DNA of 64,000 nucleotides from NCBI RefSeq assembly GCF_044704955.1, contig NC_091992.1, positions 94,550,001 through 94,614,000 on the forward strand, read 5' to 3'. The notes under the pieces were generated by a model, which worked only from the letters and a program-made list of their open reading frames with translations, did no database searches and was not told where the DNA came from. Position 1 is the first letter of the stretch. Each line of letters starts with the position of its first letter. Positions 12,799 through 26,505 of the stretch are shown piece by piece. The translations under genes were made by a program, and so were the position numbers. Origin of the DNA: Pristiophorus japonicus (taxonomy: Eukaryota).

Positions 12799-13112
12799 CA
12801 GATTGAACCTCTCTTATCCGGGACTTCCTTATCCGTCACCACCCCTCGTCCGGCACCATTCCCGGCCGCTCCGACATGAACAAATTGATGACCTTCCTCG
12901 CTGCCGACTCCCGCAATCGATGGCCTGACCCCGCAATCCACCGCACCCCCCGCACCACGATCTCTCTGCCACACTCCAAGCCAGCCAGCCCCGATATTGC
13001 CTTGCTTAGTACCTGTACCATCCAATTTAACGTAACCTCCCCTCGTCCGGCAAAATCCCTTATCCAGAACAGGCCAGGTACCGAGGGTGCTGGATAAAAG
13101 AGGGTCAACCTG
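12799..13112. mobile_element. Tigger/pogo-like (Tc1-mariner) MITE
   Basis: TA|CAGATTGAACCTCTCTTATCCGG ... CTGGATAAAAGAGGGTCAACCTG|TA: about 23-bp TIRs with a TA duplication. Confidence 0.8.
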
Positions 13113-13451
13113 TATAGAAGTGTGTACATCCCTCGACTGTATTTGTGTATTTTGTTTTGGTTCAGCCCACAAGGCAAAGATGAAAGAAATCCTTTGCAGA
13201 AGCACTTAATGGAGCTTCATTTTAAATGTAGTACTTGTCTAGTTAAGAAATTCAAATGAGAAGACAGGCGATGTTATGGAGGTGGAAGTAGGCGGCCTTG
13301 GTGATGGAGTGGATATGTGGTTGGAAACTCATCTCAGGGTCAAATAGGACGCCAAGGTTGCAAACAGTCTAGTTCAGCATCAGACAGTGAACAGGGTGGG
13401 GGATGGAGTCGGTGGCTAGGGAACGGAGTTTGTGGCAAGAATCAAAGACAA

Positions 13452-14080
13452 TGGCCCAGAAATTCCTCTCAAGGACTTCCCACGGGCAAAGCACTGTAGA
13501 ATAGAAATAAAATGCGCACTTACCTTAAGCTGCAAGGCCCGCTGGAGATCCCAGTCTGGAGGCCTCTCGTGACTGCGCGTCGCAGCGCGTTCACGTCGGG
13601 ACGTTCGTGGGAGTCACGTGGGCATGGACACTCGATCATAGGTAAGTATTTTCTCATTCATAGTGATAGGAGATTAGTAAGTTATGAATCTCCTATACTA
13701 TGAATGAGAAAAACCCCAAAACGCACAATCACTACATAAAACGTTTAAAAAACACCTTACACAATACATTAATAGAAATTAAAGTTGTTATACATGTTTT
13801 TTAAAGAAAAAAAATTGCCGATTTTTTTTTAAAGTTAGGGTTATGGTTTAAAATAGCATTACCTGAGTGGGCAAGGTTTTAACATAAATATGTTTTTTAA
13901 AATTTTATTTTAATCATGTTTTTGATAGGTTTTTAAGCTCCTACACCAATAAAAGTAGGCTATGCGCCTGCTTCTATCAAGCGCAAGAGTTTCAAGGATG
14001 TTTGCCGGGCAAGATATGGGTAAATACCACAATCTTGCCCGTGCAAATGTCCTCGTTCCCAATCTGCGGATCATCTGTCA
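13452..14080. mobile_element. Non-autonomous DNA transposon fragment (Harbinger-like end GGCCCAGAAATT)
   Basis: GC-rich end plus AT-rich core; related in reverse orientation to 31850-32542. Confidence 0.5.
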
Positions 14081-14392
14081 AGGGGTGGTGGTGAGGTCAG
14101 CGTACAATTGGAACCTAATGTGTTTTCTGTTGATATCACATGGGAATGATGTGCTAAGATGGGCCGAATGAGATTCTCCACCTACATCTTTCTTGTCGTA
14201 AGGCACTTCACCGTGGCAACGAGGCCCTATTGGATGCAGCTCATAAAAAATGTGAACAAGTCGGTGATATAGTTTAGAAAAATGCGATTGGTTGAAGACT
14301 GATGGACGTTATCTTCAATCACCTCCTTTAATTGTTGAGCTTGTTCTCAATTTGGCCAGGCAGCAGGTGGATCTGTTTAGCATTGTTTAAAG

Positions 14393-14890
14393 TCATCATC
14401 ATCATCATGGAAACGAGGATGACTTGCTTCCACGCCAAAAAAAGGATGAGTTCACAGGTGTTTCAATGAAGGACCCGAACTATATCCTGAAGGGTGGAAG
14501 ATGCCCATGCGTGGCTTTGTTAACATGTGGTGGCCATTGCACACCAGCTACCACACGGGCTTGACAGAGCTAGGTCTTGGTCCAGTGGCAAGGATTGCCC
14601 AAGGTAACTGGAGACCTGTTCTGCTGCGCGGACCTAGTGCGCATTTGTATCACAGTGTGGGCCCCTAACCCCGAACTCGCGCCTCCCCTGGGCCCCGATC
14701 ATGTCCCTCTACAGTCTCTCGCTGCTCCTGCTGTATCTGTCCACGCTCCAATCATCGACCTGGACCTTGACGACATCCCTCTACGCTGCTGTCGCCCTCC
14801 TGCATCAGCTCGCGCTGTACCTTGAAGTGGTACGCCGCCACACTGCTCCTGGGCCGCCGCACGCCGTTTCTTTTATGGCCTCAACCTGCC
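14393..14890 (-). mobile_element. Bipartite non-autonomous RTE derivative (longest 5' part)
   Basis: Reverse complement of the 5438-5698 / 61765-62120 family, with a (CAT)n tail at 14394-14408. Confidence 0.75.
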
Positions 14891-15511
14891 GCTGTAAAGT
14901 AGACTGTAACTGTTGGTGCCAATGGTTTCAAAGGAAAGTGCTCGTCTCTTTCTGTGTTCTCTGTCCTTAACTTGTAACAACATCCTTCCTGAGCAAAGTC
15001 ATCTTTAGCTGAAGCTCCTCGATAAGGCCCAGAAAGCTGGAGATTCGCGTAGCTAGTGATTCTCCTGGAATGTCTAACCGAGTTGAGTTCCACGTGCTGG
15101 ATCTTTTCACACAACGCTGAGGAGTTGGGTACTGCCACAAAAATGATAAACCCTCCAATGGAAGGTTGTACTCCTTGGGTAAAAGCAGTCCAGTGTGTAA
15201 AGGTATGAGCTTCATGTAAGAATTCTCCTCACCCCAGCTTTCTGTTTCTGTCATTTTGAGCACAACCACGATCAGAGAAAGATTTTTAAACTGATTGTCT
15301 ATCATCTCTCAATTTCTCCTCCACCCACCCTTTTCTTTTCTAGTCATTTGTAGCTAAGATTAAAACACGACACTAATTGATTCAACTTCCAGCTAGAAGG
15401 GATGGGATTATGTGTAGCCGCTGTATTATTCATGAGTTGCAATGATGGTGGGGGGCGGGGGAGAGAATATAGGTGATAGTTGACCAATTAAGAATCCTGT
15501 CATGACATAGC

Positions 15512-16201
15512 GGGGCTGAAATTTAGCCTCCCGAAAATAGCTCTCGGAAAGCAGCGGCCATGCGGCGGAGTCGAATGGCCGCCAATTTGGGGTTGAATGG
15601 CCGCCGCTGGCGATTTTTCGTTGGGGCCCCACTTCTGTCCCGCTGCTGCCGACCCCTCCTAAGTGCGTCATCAAAGTGTGATCTCCCGCAGCTCCATCGA
15701 AATTCAGGGCAAGAAGTCTTCGGGGGTGGCCGAGCGGTGCCCCGACAGCTTTTTCTGTCGGTGCACTGTGTTCGTCGTGCGCGCGACACGGCTGGGTGCC
15801 GGTTATTCACTGCCACGGCCACCATTTCATTTTTTTTGTCAGACGACTGCTAGGTCGGCCCGACAATTATGCCCCCCTGGTCCGGCCAAAACCCTCCCTG
15901 GTGGACCGAACTTAAATAATCACAGCGGCTCTCCCCTTTAAGTGAAGGGGAGAGACTTGGTGGCACACACGCGTCATGACATCATCAGCGGCAGGCTGAT
16001 GACTGACAGCGACAGAGACTCCGCCCCTCTAGAGTGCTGACCACTGCACTTCCACCCCCCATTATGATCAACTTCCGGTCCGGTCCAAAAACAATGACAA
16101 GAGCTGAATTCCGCGCAAGAGGCCACCTCATCCACAGCGGCGGTGAAAACATCAACAGCAGTCGGTGCGGCCCGTTTTGGTCAACGCTGAATTTCTACCC
16201 C
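15512..16201. mobile_element. GC/CpG-rich Harbinger-like MITE
   Basis: Ends GGGGCTGAAATTTAGC and GCTGAATTTCTACCCC form imperfect TIRs; no credible ORF. Confidence 0.6.
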
Positions 16202-17137
16202 AGTGTATTTTAGAATCATAGAATCATACAGCACAGAAGGAGGAAGCCATTTGGCCCATCATGGCTGTGCTGTCTCTTTGAAAGAGTCCCACTTCCTGCT
16301 CTTTCCCCATAGCCCTGCAAAGGTTTCCTCTTCAAATATTAATCCAAATCCCTAGTTCTAGAGTGGATCTGAATTCCAATGACTCAGTGGCTTCACCACA
16401 CAACGGCAACCAAGTTTAAGGCAGAGATTAAACGTAAAACATTTCTGGTTGGAAAAACATCACATTTCCCTGCAGAACCTACTGGCCTTTTGACGAATGT
16501 TTGCGTTTGGGTCCTCCTTGTCAATTCAGCCAACCACAAAAAATAGCATGTTACCACTGATTAGAAACAGATCCGACCAACTCAGAAGCAATTTCCATAT
16601 CAATAAAAGGGAGGGGTGGAATAACTAAACTGATTATAGCATCCACTTGAAGTATTTACTTTTTTCCGACGGACTCAAAATTCAACATCGTTGCAACAAA
16701 AGAGCCCCTAAAAACCTGTGTGGTTTTAAAATTAGATTTCACATTGGTGAGATCCAAAGATGCAAGCCAGAACAAAAAATAAGAAAAATGCTTCCCCTGT
16801 AAACTTTGATGTGACAGTGTACTGAGAGATGCTAAATGGAGAGAAAAAAAATCCTTTATGCAGGATTAAACATCAGCAGGGTTCTTTAAACACATCCAGA
16901 TGACTGTCCCAGCAGGAATTCTATGCTCATTATCACCTTCCAGATGAGACCCTGACCTGCTCGTGTTGCTAGAAAGCAGTTCCAGTGGTCACCCCATGCA
17001 AGCTCTAAGGCTACTTCACTTGAAACTGGGTTACTCTCATATTGCAGAAGCGTTTCCACAACATTATCTGTATCTCGAGCTCCGAATCTGCATCAGTTAT
17101 GCTGCACAACAACTGGGAGATTGCTGGCAAACATTGA

Positions 17138-17578
17138 AAGAAAGACTTGGATTTATATAGCGCCTTTCATATCCACCGATGTCTCAAAGCGCTTTACAGC
17201 CAATGAAGTACTTTTGGAGTGTAGTCACTGTTATAATGTGGGAAACATGGCAGTCAATTTGCGCACAGCAAGTTCCCACAAACAGCAATGTGATAACGAC
17301 CAGATAATCTGTTTTTGTTATGTTGATTGAGGGAAAAATATATGCCAGGATATCGGGGATAACTCCCCTGCTCTTCTTTGAAATAGTGCAATGGGATCTT
17401 TTACGTCCACCTGAGAGAGCAGGCGGGGCCTCGGTTTAATGTCTCATCTGAAAGACGGCACCTCTGACAGTGCAGCACTCCCTCAGCAGTGCACTGGAGT
17501 ATCAGCCTAGGTTTTTGTGCTCAAGTCCCTGGAGTGGGACTTGAACCCACAACCTTCTGACTCAGCCAGAGCCGACAC
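17138..17578 (-). mobile_element. Deu-domain SINE, near full length
   Basis: Same family as 9315-9742; AAAGAAAGACTTG..TTTATATAGCGCC tail. Confidence 0.85.
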
Positions 17579-17904
17579 TACTGGAACAATGCAGTTTGCT
17601 ATAAAGTCATGTTTGTGGATCTCCGCCAATGTTACGGGAAGGCCCCTACAGGACAGCTGTATAAAAACCGTGTGGCTGCATAGTACACCCGATACAAGAA
17701 CCAAACCTGCCAGTGGCCAGAAGAAAAGGACGAACTCAAATGCCCAGCAGCACTGTGCCAACAGTTCACTTTTGTCTTTCCCTTCCCAAGGAAGGGGACA
17801 AAGCTACTTTGCTGGGTGACATTCCCTGGTTCTGGATACACCTGCATTGCCTGCGCATTGATGTCGTTGCCTCAAAAGAAAGAGCGATCCTGCATTAACA
17901 GATT

Positions 17905-18200
17905 GCGTTTCATGTCTTCAGGATGTTACATCTGAGATTCTGAGCCATCGAATTACTTTTGAAGTGTAACCACTGTTGCAATGTAAACAAACGCAGCAGC
18001 CAATCTGTATCCAGCAAAGTCCCGCAAAAAGCAAGTGAGATAAATGACCAGATAAACAGTTTTGTTTGGTAATCGTGTTTGGGAACACGGTTGTTGGCCA
18101 GGACAGTGGGAAACTCTCCTGCTTTACTTCGAATGGTGCCATGGGATCTTTTATGCCCACCTCAGAGGGTATCAGTTTAACACCTCATCTGAAAGATGGA
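17905..18200 (-). mobile_element. Older Deu-domain SINE copy
   Basis: Diverged match to 17170-17460. Confidence 0.65.
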
Positions 18201-18463
18201 GACACACAGAGCTTCAATTTTTGTCATGACCTTTCAATCTGATTGCTGGTTCGTATTGCACAACTATTTCCAGTAGGCAACTTTAGTGGTCAATCACATT
18301 ACCAAATAAAAGTCAGTTGGCTCAGTTTATCCATTTTGTCATGCAGGAGACTGGGCATTAAACATCCAATGCAGCAGAACAGCTAATAATAAAATATAAG
18401 TGCCCATGTTTTCTGGAACAGTGCAAAGTTTTATATGAAATTGATTGTAGCTTGTATACTCAC

Positions 18464-18528
18464 TGCATCCAAGAAGCAAAGGAACCTCCCAAAACTCTGT
18501 GTAACGGCCTGATTCTTGGCAAAACCCA
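18464..18528 (-). CDS. B3GNTL1: B3GNTL1 coding exon 4
   Basis: 65 nt, ttcttcag|TG..GCA|gtgagt; encodes (V)GFAKNQAVTQSFGRFLCFLDA versus human [22 protein letters not shown]. The GT2 DxD motif (DADD) is completed by exon 5. Confidence 0.95.
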
Positions 18529-19795
18529 CTGAAGAAATACAAGAAACATCTTTCAATACCTAATGTGTACAGGGCATGTGATTCTCATGAAGCATGTAGT
18601 GAAATAAAATCCAGCATTATGGCAGTTTACATCTGATACAATCGCAGTAGTTTAATATTATCTCAGGCCGTCAATGCATTACCGCCTTGTAACACGTCCT
18701 AGTTTGTGAGTTATCCTCTATGTATTATATGACAGACACTGATGTCGATGTGCATTATGCAACTGATAATTGCATCATTGTAGCAATATATCAAAGAGTA
18801 ATTAACAAGGAGCATCCTTGATCCTGTACCAATGCCAACTATCGCAAGTATTCATGCAGCTCCCCAGCCTTTCATAACATAACGACCAGAGATACTTTAC
18901 ACTACCTCGGGCGATTTGTGACAAAGGAGCATGCGGTTCTGCAATAATTTGGAATGAGTTGAACAGAAACAGATCTGAGGACCAATAATGCTCCCTTCAT
19001 TTGCAATTTCTTTCTCCCCTGAAGCCAGTTTATATCGTTCAAAGGGCACTTGGTACACTCGGGTAGCTCAACCAAATGGGCAGTGTGAACCCAGACAGTG
19101 CATATCAGCAGGCTATTTGACTCTGGGGGCATCACCAAATATCCTGATGCTGCCCACATTTTTCAACAAGGATCACTTGAAGGGGATTCATAAGCAGCAA
19201 CCCCGGTAGAATATTTTTTTCTTTTCCTATCAGAGCATGATGTCAACTTTGCCACCCATACAACCCCCTCAGCTCAAGTCAGCTAACTGAGCACAGACTG
19301 ATGACTGAACCAGAGATGTTCCTGGTCTGAATGGCAGGCTGAGTAGTCACTTGTACCCCAGTAATGTGTGTATATAGCAACAGCCACTGTGGGAGCCAGA
19401 GAACAGTGAGAGAGTCGGTGGTCTGAAATAGGAGCAGACTTCTCGCAGATTGAAAGATACAGAGAGGTGAAGATTCATTTGAAAGAAGTAGTAGATACTG
19501 GCACTCTTCCAGTATGTGGAGAGATTTTGAACACTCATTGACAGAGCTCAGGGGAAACAGTTGCCGGTGACCCTCTCAAAGTAGGGTCAGCCAGGCAACA
19601 GTGGACATCCTTAGGAGGAGGATTCACTGAGGATGAGAATAGAAGAAGCATTTAAAGGGGCAGGGGGTGACTCCTGCGATGGCTCGCTGGGCGAAAGAAG
19701 AAAGACTTGCATTTATATAGCACCTTTCATGACCACCAGATATTTCACTGCTTGGTGCGGTACTGAGCCTCACAGACCAGGAGAGTAACAACTTT

Positions 19796-20100
19796 AAACA
19801 TAGAAACATAAAAATTAGGTGCAGGAGTTGGCCATTTGGCCCTTCGAGCCTACACCACCATTCAATAAAATCATGGCTGATCATGCAACTTCGGTACCCC
19901 ATTCCTGCTTTCTCTCCATACCCCTTGATCCCTTTAGCCGTAAGGGCCACATCTAACTCTCTTTTGAATATATCTAACGAACTGGCCTCAACAACTTTCT
20001 GTGGTAGAGAATTCCACAGGTTCACAATTCTCTGAGTGAAGAAGTTTCTCTTCATCTCGGTCCTAAATGGCTTACCCCTTATCCTTAGACTGTGACCCCC
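19796..20100 (-). mobile_element. CR1 3' fragment inserted into a tRNA-derived SINE (head ~19750-19785, body ~20100-20400)
   Basis: RNFFTQRIVNLWNSLPQ..KGIKGYG; (TTTCTATG)n tail; the flanks resemble the SINE-like sequence at 36770-37250. Confidence 0.75.
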
Positions 20101-20504
20101 GGTCTGTAATGGGTTCGCTGATCTCGGCTTGGGCAGTGGTGCGGTGCAGGGAGTGTGATCATTAACCTCAGTGTCCCTGGGCTAATGTGGGGAGAGAACT
20201 CAGCCAAGGTTCCCGCTCCCAACAGCTGCCCAGTGACTTCCGTCAGACAGTGCATGTGTTCAGACAGGATCAGGTGTGGCCATAGTTGCCCTTGGACAGA
20301 TTGTCCTGGCACTCAGTCCTGCCTCACCCATGCAGCACGTGCATGTGGGCGATGCAACAGAGAGTGGCCCGTACCCATGGGGCCCGCCTGCCAGGGGTAT
20401 CCGCACCTTTAGGAGAGAAGGGGAGCAGGTTAGGAACTTGGGAACAGGAGCAGGCCATTCTGCCCCTCCAGCATGTTCTGCCATTTAATTACATCATGGT
20501 TGGT

Positions 20505-20800
20505 AACCAGAAGTCGCATATTTAAGGTAATTGGCAAATAACTAGAGGGGCGTTGAGAATTTTTTTAATGCACGTGTTGTTGTGATCGGGAATGCACTGC
20601 CTGAAAGGGCGGTGGAAACAGAGTCAATAGTAACTTTCAAAAGGCAATTGGATAAATACCTGAAGGGAAAACATTTGCAGGGCGATGGGGAAAGGGCCGG
20701 GGAGTGGGACTGATTGGATCGCTCTTTCATAGAGCCGGCACCGGTACAATGGGCCGAATGGCCTCCTTCTGTGCTGTACGATTTTATGATCTATGATCCA
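20505..20800 (+). mobile_element. CR1 3' fragment (second subfamily)
   Basis: Matches 36240-36525. Confidence 0.7.
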
Positions 20801-22555
20801 TGACTAACCCGGCAGTGCATATATAAATGGAACCATTAGCATTTGATAAAGGAATCAGAGTTAGGCCTTTACCAGCACGCTGAATGCATGAAAAGGGAGC
20901 CTGATTAATCACTAAAAACAGATCCACTGCCTCGGACACATATCCAGCAAACTCTATTGAATGAGAAGTACTTTACACTATTAAAAAAATTAAGCCAAAT
21001 GTTGCCTCAAACCTATTTCAAATTCACCCCCTCCCCCCATTAAATGACACAAGGCTATTGCACATAAGGTTCCATAAAGTCTTGTGATTTCAATACTTGA
21101 GCTTGAGACCAAACAGTGTTGGGTTCCCATGGAAACTGTGTTAATAAGTGAAGAGGTTCCCACAATGCAGCGTGTGTTGGTGTAACCAGAGAATTTGGTC
21201 CAACTATGCTGGACAGACAATCAATGTTTGTGCCAGCAGACCCATTTCCCCTCAGTCTTTTCAAGAAGTCCATTTCCCCATGGCTACCAGTCCAAATGTT
21301 CTACAGTGATGCCAGTATTAATCATTGTTTTTGCTGCCCAATTGAAACAGGAAGGTGTCAAGTTAAATAAACACCATCATGGTTCCCACATTACCCTTTC
21401 AGCACCAAATCAAAGACAAAATCCAGACAAAACGGATTTACTTCAGAACTATATTAATAGCATTTTTTAGGGTTGAGTTTGTCTCTTTTATTCTGTTTTT
21501 TAGTGCTTAATGTTAAAAACATAGCAGTTCCTACATAGGAAAGAAAATGTGAGAATATTTTGAAAGCCAAAACTGTTCTGGTCCAAAGCTCGGGTACTGC
21601 CCTTTAACCTGCAAAGAAGCAAATCCTGGTATCACATGGTACACAACCACTTCTGCTCAAGACACGTGATTCCATTGCAGGAGCCAACTATATGTTAGTG
21701 TCACCATGACACCTGAGCTCTCTAGTCATCCTGTGATATTTTCCCCAATGCCTCTTGTCTTTTTCAAGGTATGTTGGTGACGGAGTAGATTTGCTTCTCT
21801 GTGCTTTATAGAGACAGTTTTCAGAAAAATAGTTTTTCTTTATTACACATGGAGGCAATTATACACACAGTATTGGATAGAATACTCCAACAACATTTGT
21901 TTTTAATAAAAGGAATCAGCATTGCTTCTTTCAGTTTACATTCTACACATCCAGCTATACACCCTAATGTGCCTTGTCAATCACTGCCTTACGTTGCAAA
22001 GACATTTCCAATGATTGGCCAATGACTACGCCTATGCCTTTCACCTACATAGTTACATCTCTGACCAAGTAACTCATAGTTACTTATTAATAACTGGATG
22101 GAAATGTACCTTTAATGCAACTATTAGTAGTGAATTCTACATCTCACTCAACTTCCCAGGTGCTTGGTCTGTTAATCCCATTGTCTGCTGCCTCAATTCT
22201 TGGGATACTTTCCTATCCCCCTCATAATTTTGTATCATCAGCAAACACTGACATTCTGTTGTCAAGATAATTTACAAGCATACATAAAGAGTGGTGAACC
22301 CATATGGGATTCCTCTCACATAGGTGCCCAGCTTGAAGCAATGTCATCCAGGATTACTCACGTTCTTCTGTTGCCAAAACTATTTTCTATCAAATTTGCC
22401 CCTTTACTCTGGATTTGGTGAACTTTCATATTTACTGGAGAATCTACCCCCTCCCATCTCTACCTGGAGAGGATCCTATCAAATGCTTTCTGAGAGTTTG
22501 GATTTACAATCCCAAACATATTTCTGTCATCCACTAACATAGCTATACACTAAAC

Positions 22556-23187
22556 AATACCAACAACAACACCAACTTGTATTTATATAGCACCTTTAAT
22601 GTAGTGAAACATCCCAAGGTGCTTCACAGGAGTATTATGAGACAAAAAATTTGACATCGAGCCACACAAGGAAAAATTAGGCAGGTGACCAAAAGCTTGG
22701 TTAAAGAGGTAGGTTTTAAGGAGCGTCTTGAAGGAGGAAAGAGAACTAGAGAGGTGGAGAGGTTTAGGCAGGGAATTCCAGAGCTTAGGGCCGAGGCAAC
22801 AGACGGCACGGCCACCAATGGTTGTGTGATTATAATCAGGGATGCTCAAGAGGGCAGAATTAGAGGAGCGCAGGCATCTTGGGGCGTTGTGGGGCTGGAG
22901 GAGATTACAGAGATAGTGAGGGGCGAGGCCATGGGGGGATTTGAAAACAAGATGAGAATTTTGAAATCAAGGCATTGCTTTACTGGGAGCCAATGGTTAG
23001 CAAGCACAGGGGAGATGGGTGAACGGGACTTGGTGCGAATTCGGACACGGGCAGCCGGGTTTTAGATCACCTTTAGTTTATGTAGGGTAGAATGTGGGAG
23101 GCCAGCCACGAGTGCATTGGAATAGTCAAGTCCAAAGGTAACAAAGGCATGGATGAGGTCTTCAGCAGCAATGAGCTGAGGCAAGGG
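22556..23187 (-). mobile_element. L2 LINE 3' fragment
   Basis: HAFVTFGLDYSN, GGRAVCCLGPKLWNSLP..FKTLLKTYLF; tail GCTATATAAATACAAGTTG(TTG)n. Confidence 0.85.
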
Positions 23188-24111
23188 CATTCTCCTAAAC
23201 AGGTAACATATTTTAATTGACTATCCTGAAGATTGGCCAGCTTATACAGCTGCAGTTTATTGCACATTCCTAATTTGAATATGGTTTTTTCAAGATTTGC
23301 TTCAGGCCTGTGCTGTCGTGGTAGGCAGCACTGGGAATATATCCTGAGATAAGGATTTATTGATGCATTGGCAGTGCCTTTCCATGTGCCTCTTGTTCCC
23401 ATTGAGCTTTGGGTGGGAGGACTGATTTATAATTTTATGATGCGCAATTCATTGGGCCACGTTGAAAAAAAGAATAAATAACATTTTTATTCTGACATTT
23501 CAGCAGATCATGACATAATATCCATGACATGCACCATTATAAAGGGCTATGTTTATCGCTTGAGGGAGCATGTTTGCAAAGCATTTGAAAAAGTTCCAAA
23601 GGCCTACCTGTATTCAAATTAAAAATAAAATGAAAAGTGCAGAATATCATTCATCATAAAAGCCGAGAAATAGTTTAATTATTGCTTTATGACTGTTATG
23701 GTATAAAGTGTGACATTTTTGTGCCCAACAGTTTCTGAGGAGACTTTGCTTAGGTCCCACCATAGACAGAACAGGGACCTGAAACCAGCCATACAACGAC
23801 TATCAGATAAAAATTGCCAGAGATATGTCATCTTAACTACGGAAAGGCTTTTTCCAATGACACAGAAACCATTTCGAATGTGCAAGAAATATTTCCTGGA
23901 AAATCTTAGAATGTAGAAAACTAGTATATTGGAACTGCACACACTGTGAAACATTCCTATTGCAGAGAACAGTACAGTGCACCAACTTAACTTAAAACTA
24001 GTGAATTGCAGAAGTCTTCCATTATTTCTGCTGTATGTTTATCTTGCTAATTTGAATCGAATTGTACGTCTATGTGAATGCATTTTTTCTTCTTCTTCAG
24101 ATTGATCCCTA

Positions 24112-24580
24112 CATTACATAGAAGTACAGCCCAGAAACAGGCCATTCATCCAATGTTTATGATACACATGAGCCTGCTCCACCCCTTTTCATCTATTCTA
24201 TCGGTATAACCTTCTATTACTTTCTCTCTCAGGTGCTTATCTAGCTTTCCCTTAAATGCATCTATGCTAGTCGCCTCAACTACTGGTTGTGGTAACGAAT
24301 TCCACATTCTAACCACTCTCTGGGTAACGAAGTTCCCCCTGAATTCCCTATTGGATTTATTAGTGACTATCATATATTTATGGCCCCTAGTTTTGGTCCA
24401 CCTCAACAAGTGGAAACAGCTTCTCTACATCAAACCCCTTCATAGAGTCATAGTCATTATGGCACAGGAGGCCATTTGGCCCATCGAGCCCATGCCAGCT
24501 CTCTATAGAGCAATCTAGTCAGTCCCATTTCATAATCTTAAAGACCTCCATCAGGGCACCCCTCAGTCTTCTCTTCTACA
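24112..24580 (-). mobile_element. CR1 3' fragment with a nested short CR1 tail
   Basis: KTRGHKY..NFVTQRVVRMWNSLP; a second tail piece at ~24442-24530 interrupts it. Confidence 0.7.
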
Positions 24581-24869
24581 TATCTATTTGTATGATGTGT
24601 TGCCGTTGGGAACAGAAATATCTGGATTTCTGTGCTGCAATCCATACTGTAACAACATGAGCTATAGCCGTTCAGAATCAGGGCACTGCACCAAGGACTT
24701 CTGAATCACCTGAACACAGTGGATACAGGAATGATCGAGCAGGAAGGAGCGTGCACTCATAAGGCAGCCAGCCAGATTTTCCAACCCTTTTTCCACCACT
24801 GATCCCATCTTCCTTCCCGGCACTCCCTCAGGCTGAACTAGAATGCAGAGCAGAGCTGCAAACCCCACA

Positions 24870-25655
24870 TCCTATCCACGTTCACCTCTGGCTCAACTTT
24901 AACCCCTCCACTGTTGATACACTTATCCACGTTTTCGTCACCTCTTGACTTAATTACTCGAATGACTTCCTTGCTCATCTCCCATCCTTCCACAAACTCC
25001 AGCTTATCCAAAATGCAGTCACTCGTATCCTGTCTGCACTAAGTCCTGATCATCCAGCACCCACGTCCTCATTGCCCTACATTGGCTCCCTAAATTTCTT
25101 TAAACCCGTCATGGCCTTGACTCATGCTATCACTGAAACCTTCTCCAGCCTTATATGCCCTTCCACAACCCTCGGTCCTTTTGTGCATGCCTCCCTTTGA
25201 TAGCAGAACCTTCAGACTGTTATAAAAACAGAAAATGCTGGAAATCTCAGCAGGTCAGGCAGCATCTGTGGAGAGAAACAGAGTTAATGTTTCAGGTCAA
25301 TGACCCTTTGTCAGAACTGGCGAAGGGTCATCTACCTGAACGGTTAACTCTGTTTCTCTCCACAGATGCTGCCTGACCCACTGAGATTTCCAGCATTTTC
25401 TGTTTTTATTTCAGATTCCAGCATCCACAGTATTTTGCTTTTGTTTCAGATGGTTATACCTTTTTTAAAAAATCTATGCTAAACTGGTTTATCTCTCCAC
25501 TTTTCTCTCCTCTTAAAACCCGTATGTTCAATCAAGTTTTCGATCAGCCTCCTAATCTTTCCCTCCTTGATGCAGCATCCATTTTCCCTCTCTAACTCCA
25601 GATGTGGTTACATCAAAGGCACTATAGAAATACATGTGTTATGTAAATGCAAGTA
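24870..25655 (+). mobile_element. Degraded L2 fragment interrupted by a Penelope-like inverted repeat
   Basis: HVFVTS.LNYSN and KLQLIQN remnants; L2 tail near 25615-25650. Confidence 0.55.
25222..25445. repeat. Penelope-like terminal repeat in inverted (hairpin) arrangement
   Basis: 25222-25310 is approximately the reverse complement of 25321-25409; flanked by TTCAGACTGTTATA / TTCAGATGGTTATA (possible TSD). Confidence 0.7.
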
Positions 25656-25714
25656 CTTATTTTCTGCTCTACCATTGTACAATGAAACTATCGACTTGAC
25701 GAACTATAACATAC

Positions 25715-25814
25715 CTCCTTTTGGGTGTGAAGACTCATGTCCACCAATCACAACAAATACACCTCTATCTTCAAGCTTAGTTCTCCATTTTCCAATAATA
25801 TTCAATGAGTCATC
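25715..25814 (-). CDS. B3GNTL1: B3GNTL1 coding exon 3
   Basis: 100 nt, ttgtag|GAT..GGAG|gtatgt; encodes [33 protein letters not shown] versus human [33 protein letters not shown]. Confidence 0.95.
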
Positions 25815-26224
25815 CTACAACAAATAAATAAAGCAGCTCGGTAAAAGCACCACTAAAGAAAACCTTTTGCAAGGCACAAGTACGATATGCCTTCTCGCCT
25901 GACCATTCTATAAATTTTATGCGAGAATATTTGTTCTACAAACATTTGTATCCAAACCCATTTAAGTTAGTCATTGAATAAAAGCAAAGCAGAGAGGGAT
26001 GTGCTAAATGTTAGGTTTGGATCAGGAATTCAGCTTAATGGGCAACACTACATTGGAAGCTTTTCACTGGATCAGAATCATGTTGGAATTTAGAATTGTT
26101 ATCTGGAGTAAACGGTTGAAACGTATATTCTTACACCACCATGCAGTTAGTGACAAGCTGTTTGGAAACACTGCCTAGAAATGACCTGCCCTCTGAAGGT
26201 GACCTGCCATTGCCTGGCGCTCTA

Positions 26225-26505
26225 TATGGACATTTCCTGGCCCAAGACCGCTCAAAGTGGAGGAGAAGCATCCGAGAAGGCGCCAAAGTCTTTGAGTCTT
26301 TTCACCGGGAGCAGACGGAAGCCAAACACAAACAACGGAAGTAGCATGCGACATACCAAACACCCCACCCACCCGTCCCTCCAACCACCATCTGCCCCAC
26401 CTGTGACAGGGACTGTAGATCCCGCATCGGTCTCATTAGTTAACTTAGAACTCATTTTAGTGTGGAAGCAAGTCATCCTTGACTCCGGGGCACTGCCTAA
26501 GAGAG
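26225..26505 (+). mobile_element. RTE LINE 3' end fragment
   Basis: LAQDRSKWRRSIREG..CPTCDRDC; GTGGAAGCAAGTCATCC tail. Confidence 0.8.

Noticed and set aside
15426-15941. Overlapping GC-rich ORFs / apparent CpG island
   Set aside because: Lies within a TIR-bounded MITE; similar GC-rich patches occur at 38095 and 41868
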